From positions 1 through 41,834 of the IMG/VR virus record IMGVR_UViG_3300020426_000010: 41,834 nt of DNA. One strand, written 5' to 3'. The DNA is from a virus (Duplodnaviria > Caudoviricetes). Below, one piece after another: positions 1 through 7,143 of this stretch (position 1 is its first letter; each line of letters opens with the position of its first letter). The position numbers and the translations under genes are program-made. The notes beneath the pieces were generated by a model. The model saw only the letters and a list, made by a program, of their open reading frames with translations. It was not told the DNA's origin and searched no databases.

Positions 1-79
<79 letters not shown>

Positions 80-191
80 TACCCTTTCCTAGGGTTCTCA
101 CAACTTATCAGAGCGGCGAGAAATCGCAGGCCTACAGCGGTTTAGCCTTGTCAGGGCTTCTCATTGATTGTCATTTAAGCACATGTCACGA

Positions 192-233
192 GGAGTCATT
201 GAAGGGGCACTGGCCTCAGCCGCAGGAGTCATC
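192..233 (+). promoter_or_regulatory. Putative Int1 arm-type sites GGAGTCATT (192..200) and GGAGTCATC (225..233)
   Basis: Same motif occurs in tandem near the right att (41217..41225 GGAGACATT, 41229..41237 GGAGTCATT); layout typical of P4-family attP arms. Confidence 0.7.
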
Positions 234-235
234 GG

Positions 236-1492
236 ATGCTGACCGATGCCCAGTGCCGCACCGCCAAGGCGGGCGAATCCGATTACAAGATGACGGATGC
301 GCTCGGGTTGCATCTTTATGTCACCAAGGCGGGCTACAAAAGCTGGCGCCTGTCCTACAGTTTTCACAGCAAGAAAAAGCGGATCGTCTTTGGCCCCTAC
401 CCCGCCATATCACTGCGCGAGGCGCGGGACATGCGCGACGAGGCGCGGCGGCTACTAGCGAGGGGCATCGATCCTGCGATCGATCGTCATCAAAAGAAGG
501 CTGCTGCACTTGCGGCCAGCGACACAACGGTCGAGCTGGTAGCGCGGGCCTGGTACCACGATCGCGCTTCCATGTGGAGCAAGTCCCATTCGGACCGCAC
601 GCTGAACATGTTGGAGCGGGAGGTGTTCAAATCGATCGGCAATTTGCCAATCGCGGCAGTCACTCGTCCGATGGTCGTGCGCCAGGTCAAGGAAATCGAA
701 AAACGCGGCGCATTGGAGATGGCGCGCCGCTACCGCACGACGCTCTCATCCGTGTTCGAGTACGCAAGGGGGATGGGCTATGCCACGGAGAACCCGGCCG
801 GAGACGTGATCCCGGTCAAGTCCGCACCCGTCAAACGCTATCCAGCTTTAACGGAGATCGAGCAGCTGCGATCCATGCTGTGGAAGATCGAGAATGCGTC
901 CGGTCATCCCATAGCCAAGCTGGCATCGAGGCTCACGGCGCTGACGGCCGTTCGGCCCGGCGTGGTTCAGGCTGCGCCTTGGGAAGAGCTGAAGAACTTG
1001 GATCCAGCAGAGCCAACCTGGATCATTCCGCCAGCGCGGATGAAGCTGACGGTGCAGGAGAAGCTGCACAGTCAGATGGAACATCCCGTCCCGCTGGCGC
1101 GCCAAGCAGTGGAACTGCTCGACAGCCTGCAATTGTTGACGGGCCATTCCGCCTTCGCCTTCGCCAGCCCGAACAGTCCGGAGAAGCATATCAGCGACGC
1201 ATCGGTGTCGAAATTATATCGGCAGGCCGGATTTACCGACGTGCATGTGCCGCACGGCTGGCGCAGCGCCTTTTCGACCATCATGAACGAACTGGCGATG
1301 AAGGAAGAGCGGCCAGGCGATCGCGTCGTCATCGACATCATGCTGGCGCATCGACAGCCGGGTATCGAGCCAATTTACAATCGATCCGCCTATATGAAGC
1401 GGAGACGCGAAATTGCGCAGGAGTGGGCAGATCTGCTCCTGAAGGGATTTCCGCCCGTATCCTCTATCCTGATGTCGCGACGCAGCGAGTAG
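236..1492 (+). CDS. int: Tyrosine integrase, P4 family with arm-binding domain (Int1)
   Basis: N-terminal MLTDAQCR..YKMTDALGLHLYV..KSWRLSY; catalytic AVRPG, RMKL, HGWR, LAH, IYNRS; adjacent to tRNA/att. Confidence 0.95.
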   Translation: MLTDAQCRTAKAGESDYKMTDALGLHLYVTKAGYKSWRLSYSFHSKKKRIVFGPYPAISLREARDMRDEARRLLARGIDPAIDRHQKKAAALAASDTTVELVARAWYHDRASMWSKSHSDRTLNMLEREVFKSIGNLPIAAVTRPMVVRQVKEIEKRGALEMARRYRTTLSSVFEYARGMGYATENPAGDVIPVKSAPVKRYPALTEIEQLRSMLWKIENASGHPIAKLASRLTALTAVRPGVVQAAPWEELKNLDPAEPTWIIPPARMKLTVQEKLHSQMEHPVPLARQAVELLDSLQLLTGHSAFAFASPNSPEKHISDASVSKLYRQAGFTDVHVPHGWRSAFSTIMNELAMKEERPGDRVVIDIMLAHRQPGIEPIYNRSAYMKRRREIAQEWADLLLKGFPPVSSILMSRRSE

Positions 1493-1514
1493 ACCGCTCG
1501 GCCGAGGTGGCAGC

Positions 1515-2309
1515 ATGAACGCGCGGATGGTCGGCGACGTCCTCCATGCGGGCGGCTTCAAATATCTCCCCCGCCAGGCGCGCGAGCGCCGCGGCGGCAA
1601 TGGCACGCCGATCTGGCGCAACAGCTATGAGGAAGGCCAACTGGAGGACCGGCTCTGGAGACCGATCGCCAGGGGAAAGATGCGCGCAGCCAAGCGCCTG
1701 CTCGGCGCACGCCTGAAGGCGGCGCGGATGATGGAGAAGAAAACCCGCATAGCCCGCCGCCAAGACGAGCGCAGTATCAAGAACGGTGCGCTAGGTTCGG
1801 TAGCGATCGAGGTGCTGGAATATTTCTACAACATCGTCGATTTTATGACCGGACGGCTCGAGCCAGCCGTACAGTCGATCGCCGACAATATCGGCCGCTC
1901 TTACGGCGCAGTCCATAATGCGCTGAAGGCGTTGCGCCGGCATGGATTTCTGCAATGGATCCGGCGCAGCCGATCGACCGACAACAAAGGACAGGCAGGG
2001 CCGCAGTCGGTCCAGATCCCGAGCGCCTACGTCCTGCTGTTCCCCCAGCGGCTCCAGCCGCTCGTCGACCATATCATGGGCAAAGGCCCCCTCCCCGTCG
2101 ACATGGAGTGGCACCGGGAGCAGCAGAAGCGCGAATATGAGGACATTTTGTCGCGGCTCAGCAGCCCCGAATTCCTGAAGGCCGTCTGGGATGGCGACGA
2201 CGCGCTTGGCGAAAGTTTGAAGCGCATCGCGGAGCTTTTGGACCAGGAGCGCGAATCTACGAAGATGAGAGATTCCGGGGGGTTATATATAACCCGTGAT
2301 AAGGACTGA
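1515..2309 (+). CDS. Winged-HTH protein resembling alphaproteobacterial plasmid replication initiators (RepA-like)
   Basis: GRLEPAVQSIADNIGRSYGAVHNALKALRRHGFLQWIRR wHTH followed by QIPSAY; GAGG RBS; no other replication initiator seen in the prophage. Confidence 0.65.
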   Translation: MNARMVGDVLHAGGFKYLPRQARERRGGNGTPIWRNSYEEGQLEDRLWRPIARGKMRAAKRLLGARLKAARMMEKKTRIARRQDERSIKNGALGSVAIEVLEYFYNIVDFMTGRLEPAVQSIADNIGRSYGAVHNALKALRRHGFLQWIRRSRSTDNKGQAGPQSVQIPSAYVLLFPQRLQPLVDHIMGKGPLPVDMEWHREQQKREYEDILSRLSSPEFLKAVWDGDDALGESLKRIAELLDQERESTKMRDSGGLYITRDKD

Positions 2310-2436
2310 CTTCGTCAGGCTCTATTAGAGGCTTTCCCCATCACCCTATCGCCCAGACGGCCATATCACCCTTACGGACCACCGTAGGGGGCGGGGAGGC
2401 TTTGGCCTCCCCGCTTGGCTCCCCAGGGGGGCCAAG
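2253..2436. other. Palindrome/hairpin cluster: putative replication origin and/or convergent terminator
   Basis: GAATCT..AGATTC (2253..2275), perfect GGGTTATATATAACCC (2280..2295), CTGAC-TTC-GTCAG, CTCTA-T-TAGAG, CCCTTACGG..CCGTAGGGG, GCGGGGAGGC-TTTG-GCCTCCCCGC, CTTGGCTCCCC..GGGGGGCCAAG. Confidence 0.55.
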
Positions 2437-2439
2437 AGG

Positions 2440-3291
2440 TTAGGATCGCGTTTTCGCGCCCAGGACGGCGCTGGGGGCCGCGTCGAGGGGGAAATTGGCG
2501 ATGATCAGCTCCCCAACCCTCTTTGCTTTTCCGGTCATGCCGGTGGCGATGCTGTAGCTGACATCAACCTCGTGCATGTGAAACGATGAAAAGACCGCGC
2601 GCGCGCCGGGCGTGTCGTTGATCGAGAGAATGAACTTCCCCCGGATCTGAGACAGCTGCTCGGCGAGCCGCACGAAATCATCCTGCGCGAAAACGCCTGG
2701 GCCGTAATCTCCCGTGCAATTCCAATATGGCGGGTCGAGATAGAACAGCATCCCCGGCCGATCATAGCGGCGGATGAAATCGCCATAGGGAAGCCGCTCG
2801 ATGACGACCGGCTGAAGCCGGTCGCGGATCGCGCGCAGGGAGGTGCGGAGATGCGCCAGGTTGAAGCGCGCCGGGTTGCGGCTATCGACGCCGAAATGCC
2901 GGCCGACGATTTTCCCGCCGAACGCCAGCCTCTGAAGATAGAGGAACCGCGCGGCGCGCTCGATGTCAGTCAGCCCGGCCGGATCGACGGCGCGCAGCTG
3001 CTCGAACTGTTCGCGCCCGGCCAGCATCCACTCCATTTCGTCGACCAGCGCCTGGTAATGGCGACGCACGACCCGGAAGAACGACGTCACGTCACCGGAG
3101 ATATCGTTGATCGCTTCCGCGCGCGGCCGCGCCGATCGTCGAAAGAAAATGCCGCCCATACCGACAAACGGCTCGGCATAGCCGTCATGATCGACGGACT
3201 GAATGAGGGCGCAGATTCGCTTTGCCAGATTGCGTTTGCCGCCGAGATAGCCGGCGGCGGGATTTATGGGGGTGATGGGGTCGAGGATCAT
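2440..3291 (-). CDS. dam: DNA adenine methyltransferase (D12/Dam class)
   Basis: YLGGK, YAEPFVGMGGIF (motif I), INDIS, FYLDPPY (motif IV). Confidence 0.93.
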   Translation of the reverse strand: MILDPITPINPAAGYLGGKRNLAKRICALIQSVDHDGYAEPFVGMGGIFFRRSARPRAEAINDISGDVTSFFRVVRRHYQALVDEMEWMLAGREQFEQLRAVDPAGLTDIERAARFLYLQRLAFGGKIVGRHFGVDSRNPARFNLAHLRTSLRAIRDRLQPVVIERLPYGDFIRRYDRPGMLFYLDPPYWNCTGDYGPGVFAQDDFVRLAEQLSQIRGKFILSINDTPGARAVFSSFHMHEVDVSYSIATGMTGKAKRVGELIIANFPLDAAPSAVLGAKTRS

Positions 3292-3301
3292 GGTGGGGCC
3301 T

Positions 3302-3499
3302 TCAGGCGGCCGCTCGATCGGCGGTCGGGTGTGGGCTCGCGGGCCTCAGACAGTTGAAAGCGCCGCATCGGCGGCACTTGATCTCGATCACGCCGGCGAT
3401 CGCGCCGGGCTGAGATTTGAAGAGCAGGGCGCGGCAAGACGCGCATTTGTTTGAAACGCAGGCAGAATCATTTGACGAATGCATGAAGGTTCGCTCCAA
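3302..3499 (-). CDS. com: Mu Com-family zinc-finger translational regulator (start uncertain; ATG at 3484 possible)
   Basis: KCASCRALLFK...IEIKCRRCGAFN zinc knuckles directly upstream of the methylase, as in com-mom/com-dam operons. Confidence 0.85.
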   Translation of the reverse strand: MERTFMHSSNDSACVSNKCASCRALLFKSQPGAIAGVIEIKCRRCGAFNCLRPASPHPTADRAAA

Positions 3500-3627
3500 C
3501 GCCCGCGCCCGTATGCGCGGGTGCGGGGCGGCCAGTCGGCCAGCTGTGTCGTGGCGAGGTTCTGTCTCGTCGGTCTATTGGGGTGCAACCCGATAGCCCC
3601 CGCTCCCGACGCTCGTCAGCGTCGGGA
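3500..3627 (-). promoter_or_regulatory. Highly structured leader upstream of com (possibly also int2 terminator)
   Basis: Perfect 10-bp stem TCCCGACGCT-CGTC-AGCGTCGGGA (3604..3627) plus several further stacked stems between 3500 and 3600. Confidence 0.5.
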
Positions 3628-3645
3628 CGAAGGAAGCACATTAAA

Positions 3646-4815
3646 TCATGTGATCAGCATGTCTCCCCAGCGCCGATACAGGTCGCGGCGCTGATCAAGC
3701 ATCTCCGACCGGTTATAGGCCCGTTCCACTTTGCTCCGATCGGCGGGCATATGCGCCAGCGCCAGGTCGATTGCGGCGCGTTCCAATGGATAGCACTCAT
3801 TGAGGATCGTCGAAAAGCTGGCCCGCCACCCGTGCGGGACATGCCGACCGCCAAACCCCGCCCGCTTGTAGAGCGCGCCGATCGCCGCGGCGTGGATCGG
3901 AAAGACCATATCCCCGCCGCCGATAAAATGGTCGCGCGCCTGACGCAGCACGTCGACGGCCTGCGGCGACAGCGGTACCAGATGATCATTGGCCGCGTCG
4001 TCCTTCTTCACCCGCGCTATCTTCATCCGCGCGGCCGGAATGCGCCAGGTCGGTGCGTCACCGTCCAGCTGCTCGAACTCATCCCAGCGCGCGCCGAGCA
4101 GCGCGCCCATCCGCACCGCGGTCAACGCCAGGAAGCGCGACGCCAATCGCACGATCGGCAGGCCGCCGGCCCGCTCACAGGCGGTGAGCAGAGCGCACGC
4201 TTCACCGATATTGACCAGCGCTGGCTGTCGCCGGGCGACAGGCGCCGGGCGCAGCGCGCGCGACACGACGGCCGCCGGATCATGATCAACAATCCCCTCC
4301 GCGATCGCGAACGAAAACACGGCCGAGATCCGCTGGCGGATTCGCCGCGCAGTTTCGATCGACCCGCGCGCTTCCACATTTCGCAGCACCTGGAGGATCG
4401 CCGGCGCGCCGATCGCCCCCATTGGCAGCGCGCCGATATCCGATAACACGTTGCTCTCGAGCGAGGTGATGACGTCGTCTGCATGGCGATCGGTCCAGCG
4501 TTCCCGATGTAACGCGTGCCACTGCCGCGCCACCGCCTCGAACGTGCAAATTTGCACGGTCACCTTTTTGACCGATGGATCGACACCCTGGGCGACCAGG
4601 CCGCGCGCTTCCTCTGCGCGATCGCGCGCATCGACCAGCTGCACGTCGGGCCATTGCCCTAGGCTCAGCAGTTTTTCACGTCCTGCGATCCGATACCGCA
4701 TGCGCCAGGCGCGCAGGCCCGTGGGTGCGACGAACAGGAACAGCCCCCGCTCATCGAACAATTTATAGGCGCGCGAACGCGGCCGCGCGGCTTTCACCGC
4801 GGCGTTGCTGAGCAT
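3646..4815 (-). CDS. int: Second P4-family tyrosine integrase (Int2), catalytic residues intact
   Basis: AYKLFDERGLFLFVAPTGLRAWRMRY arm-binding domain; AVRMG, RMKI, HGWR, LAHM, AYNRS. Confidence 0.93.
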   Translation of the reverse strand: MLSNAAVKAARPRSRAYKLFDERGLFLFVAPTGLRAWRMRYRIAGREKLLSLGQWPDVQLVDARDRAEEARGLVAQGVDPSVKKVTVQICTFEAVARQWHALHRERWTDRHADDVITSLESNVLSDIGALPMGAIGAPAILQVLRNVEARGSIETARRIRQRISAVFSFAIAEGIVDHDPAAVVSRALRPAPVARRQPALVNIGEACALLTACERAGGLPIVRLASRFLALTAVRMGALLGARWDEFEQLDGDAPTWRIPAARMKIARVKKDDAANDHLVPLSPQAVDVLRQARDHFIGGGDMVFPIHAAAIGALYKRAGFGGRHVPHGWRASFSTILNECYPLERAAIDLALAHMPADRSKVERAYNRSEMLDQRRDLYRRWGDMLIT

Positions 4816-5001
4816 GGATTGCCCCCGTTTAATTTTCAGGACTTGATTTCAGGCCGCAAACAGTCGCAGGAACGGGCATAACCCACGGCAGCGACGGGGT
4901 GGCAACAGGATGGATACGGCTCGCGAGGCCCTCGGTCTTGGTCGCTATCGGGCGACCTCACCCACCCCACTTCCGTTCAACAAAAACAGCAGAGTAGCGT
5001 T

Positions 5002-5166
5002 ATGGCTGAAAAGGCAAAGGTTCTGGAATACTGTCCGGAATGCGGGGACATCCGTGGTCGGATTGAAGATGACCGAATCGTGGTGTTTCACATCTGCCCG
5101 CGCAACGGTGTGAGGCATGAACTAAACGTACCAATCGGTGAGGCAGATTTCGTTCGAGGCTCCTGA
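5002..5166 (+). CDS. 54-aa Cys/His micro-protein, not in the ORF track (MAEKAKVLEYCPECGDIRGRIEDDRIVVFHICPRNGVRHELNVPIGEADFVRGS)
   Basis: Manual translation ATG 5002 to TGA 5166; CPEC plus HICP..H possible zinc ligands; opposite strand to neighbours. Confidence 0.55.
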   Translation: MAEKAKVLEYCPECGDIRGRIEDDRIVVFHICPRNGVRHELNVPIGEADFVRGS

Positions 5167-5167
5167 A

Positions 5168-5264
5168 GACGGACAACCCCTCCGTCGCGACACTTTCAAA
5201 GTTGGCGGATTTCCGTCATATTTTGGCTATGCGACGTAACCGCGATACCCCACGCGATACCCCA
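5168..5264. repeat. att-like site for Int2: core-like GACGGA-N7-TCCGTC (5168..5186) and tandem 12-mer CGCGATACCCCA x2 (5241..5264)
   Basis: Minus strand reads TGGGGTATCGCG x2, like GGGGTAT arm sites of P4-family integrases; related GGGGGCAAT sits just before the int2 ATG (4818..4826). Confidence 0.6.
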
Positions 5265-5276
5265 CCCAGACGCAGC

Positions 5277-5444
5277 CTATTCAGGGTCGAGGCGGTCATT
5301 CTGGCCGTCGCGATGATCGCCCCGCTCCTGGCCTTGATCATCGACTGGCTTTGGTCGTGACAGCCGATCGGCTGCTTCGCTGACCAGGGCGGCGAGGATC
5401 GAGCGGCCGATCCATTTGGCGATCTTGCCGACTGGGATCTTCAT
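5277..5444 (-). CDS. 55-aa protein at end of lysis cassette (amphipathic N-terminus)
   Basis: MKIPVGKIAKWIGRSILAALVSEAA; ATGA overlap with endolysin stop. Confidence 0.6.
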   Translation of the reverse strand: MKIPVGKIAKWIGRSILAALVSEAADRLSRPKPVDDQGQERGDHRDGQNDRLDPE

Positions 5445-5992
5445 GCTGCCACCGCCACGCGGTTGAGCAGCCAGCCGTAGGCGAACGCCTCCTGGCTGGC
5501 ATTGCGCTCGGCGATGCCGATATACCGCTCGCCTTGCAGCGCATTCATGGCCGCCAGCAGCACGTCCACCCGGCCGCGACGTGGATGCTGCAGGTATGCC
5601 AGCAGCGCGGCGTCGCTGCGCGATCCATAATCGCCATCGATCTTGGCCAGGTCGGACCACAACTGGCCGCGTTCATTGAAGGCGTTGAGCGCGCGCTGCA
5701 GGAACATCACGCCCCACGGCGCTCCCATATTGACGCCGGTGTCCAGTGCCTCGGCCGCGATCGCGGCCGAACGTGTCGCCAGCAGGTCGATTCCTGTCGC
5801 GACGACAAACTGTTGCCAGTAAATCGCGAAGGCACGGGACCGTGGAAGGTCGCGCATGTCGCCAGCATAGCCGTCCTTGCGCGCCAGCGCCTGGGTGATG
5901 CCCCAATGGGTCGGTCCGCCGCGATCGGCGGGATGGTTCACATAGCCGCCCTCACGGGCAATGAGATCGTCGATAAGCCGCTTGATGGTCAC
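5441..5992 (-). CDS. Endolysin, glycoside hydrolase family 108 with C-terminal peptidoglycan-binding domain
   Basis: EGGYVNHPADRGGPTHWGIT motif, LQRALN, FAYGWLLNRV; GTG start at 5992 after GAGGAG. Confidence 0.92.
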   Translation of the reverse strand: MTIKRLIDDLIAREGGYVNHPADRGGPTHWGITQALARKDGYAGDMRDLPRSRAFAIYWQQFVVATGIDLLATRSAAIAAEALDTGVNMGAPWGVMFLQRALNAFNERGQLWSDLAKIDGDYGSRSDAALLAYLQHPRRGRVDVLLAAMNALQGERYIGIAERNASQEAFAYGWLLNRVAVAA

Positions 5993-6135
5993 GACAGGCT
6001 CCTCTTCATGGATGGGCGCCTGGCCGCGCGCTTGTTGCGCGCGACCGGCGGTTTGATACAGGCGACGCACGCCGCCAGCAGCGCCTCGGCCGCGCGCTCG
6101 CGATCGCGCAGGGCGGTGATGGCCTCGCCACTCAT
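5989..6135 (-). CDS. 48-aa lysis-region protein
   Basis: MSGEAITALRDRERAAEALLAAC; 4-bp overlaps with both neighbours. Confidence 0.5.
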   Translation of the reverse strand: MSGEAITALRDRERAAEALLAACVACIKPPVARNKRAARRPSMKRSLS

Positions 6136-6335
6136 TTGATCTGACCTTTTAGATCCTGGATCGTGATGGTCAGCGCGGTGAGAGACGAGGCGAGCAGCTT
6201 GTCGGCATCGATGCGCTTCTCCTCGATCTGCGCGCGCTGCTCGGCCAGCGTCTTTTCGCGCCACACGAGATAGGCGATGAACAGGCCGAGCGGCCCGAAC
6301 TGGCCGAAGGCGGTGAGCAATTCGGGGGACATCAT
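6132..6335 (-). CDS. Putative holin (single TM helix)
   Basis: FGQFGPLGLFIAYLVW hydrophobic segment followed by charged coiled coil, upstream of endolysin. Confidence 0.7.
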   Translation of the reverse strand: MMSPELLTAFGQFGPLGLFIAYLVWREKTLAEQRAQIEEKRIDADKLLASSLTALTITIQDLKGQIK

Positions 6336-6341
6336 CGGGCC

Positions 6342-7115
6342 TCAGATGATGATCTGGCGGCGAAGATATGGCCGCTTGAGAAACGCATAGAGCGTTGTGA
6401 GATCGACATCGCTAAGCGCGGCGCTCAAGATCCCCACGCCAGCGATATCGACCGGCCCCACCGCTGCGCCATTATATTGCGAACCTATGCGGAGCGGTTG
6501 CGCCAGCGCGGCGGGAAGCGCGGAATTGACGGGCACCGAAGTCAGCCCCAGCCCCATGATCTTCGCGATCCGGTCGCCGTTTGGGAAGCACCGGCCGACG
6601 AACATCTGGAAACCAGCGGCCGCGGCCGTGAAATCGCCGGTCGACGCCGCCACGGTGGCGGCCGTCCCGGCATTGTTCGCGCCCTGTTGGGTGGTCAGCC
6701 GCAATAGCCCGTTACCGGCGGCCACATCGTTGAGATATAGGGCCGAGCCGCTGGTCGCCGTTCCGGTGGTCGGCCAGACCGAACCGGTATTGGAAATCAG
6801 CGGCACCCCGCCTGCGTCGGGCAACACCGGCCTGGCGATCGCGATGAACGTGAATTGCGCCATCGCTTCGGTCATCGCCTGAATGTAGTTGACCAAACCG
6901 GTGCAGCGGACGGCGCAGTCCTGGACAACGGGCGTCCCGATGACCTGGCCCTCCGGCTTGCCCCGGATCATGTTACGCTCCGTTGGCGCAACCAGATCGG
7001 TCAGGGGGTCGTTGCCCAGATAATTGAAATATTCCCAGGCATCGCCACCGACCGGCGGCCGAAGCTCGCGGCTGGTGGCATAGACCTTCGCTCGGCTGTC
7101 ATACACAGTCGTCAT
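6342..7115 (-). CDS. Tail-associated protein, beta-rich (possible LamG/concanavalin-like)
   Basis: Starts MTTVYDSR after AAGGA; LRIGSQY..VDIAGVGILSAALSDVDL resembles the end of LamG-like folds; follows the RBP. Confidence 0.6.
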   Translation of the reverse strand: MTTVYDSRAKVYATSRELRPPVGGDAWEYFNYLGNDPLTDLVAPTERNMIRGKPEGQVIGTPVVQDCAVRCTGLVNYIQAMTEAMAQFTFIAIARPVLPDAGGVPLISNTGSVWPTTGTATSGSALYLNDVAAGNGLLRLTTQQGANNAGTAATVAASTGDFTAAAAGFQMFVGRCFPNGDRIAKIMGLGLTSVPVNSALPAALAQPLRIGSQYNGAAVGPVDIAGVGILSAALSDVDLTTLYAFLKRPYLRRQIII

Positions 7116-7143
7116 GGCTTTATCCTTTGATGGAAGAGGCAGA

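Noticed and set aside
2280-2295. GGGTTATATATAACCC as a protelomerase (telRL) site
   Set aside because: Only 16 bp, no protelomerase gene seen, and the phage is integrated via att sites
4905-4970. Minus-strand GAGCCGTAT resembling group II intron domain V
   Set aside because: Rest of the DV stem and DVI are absent, and no reverse transcriptase gene is present
1506-5453. 13-bp inverted repeat GGTGGCAGCATGA (1506..1518 and 5441..5453) flanking rep-dam-com-int2 as an invertible segment
   Set aside because: Explained by the recurrent RBS/ATGA junction motif; no recombinase core symmetry
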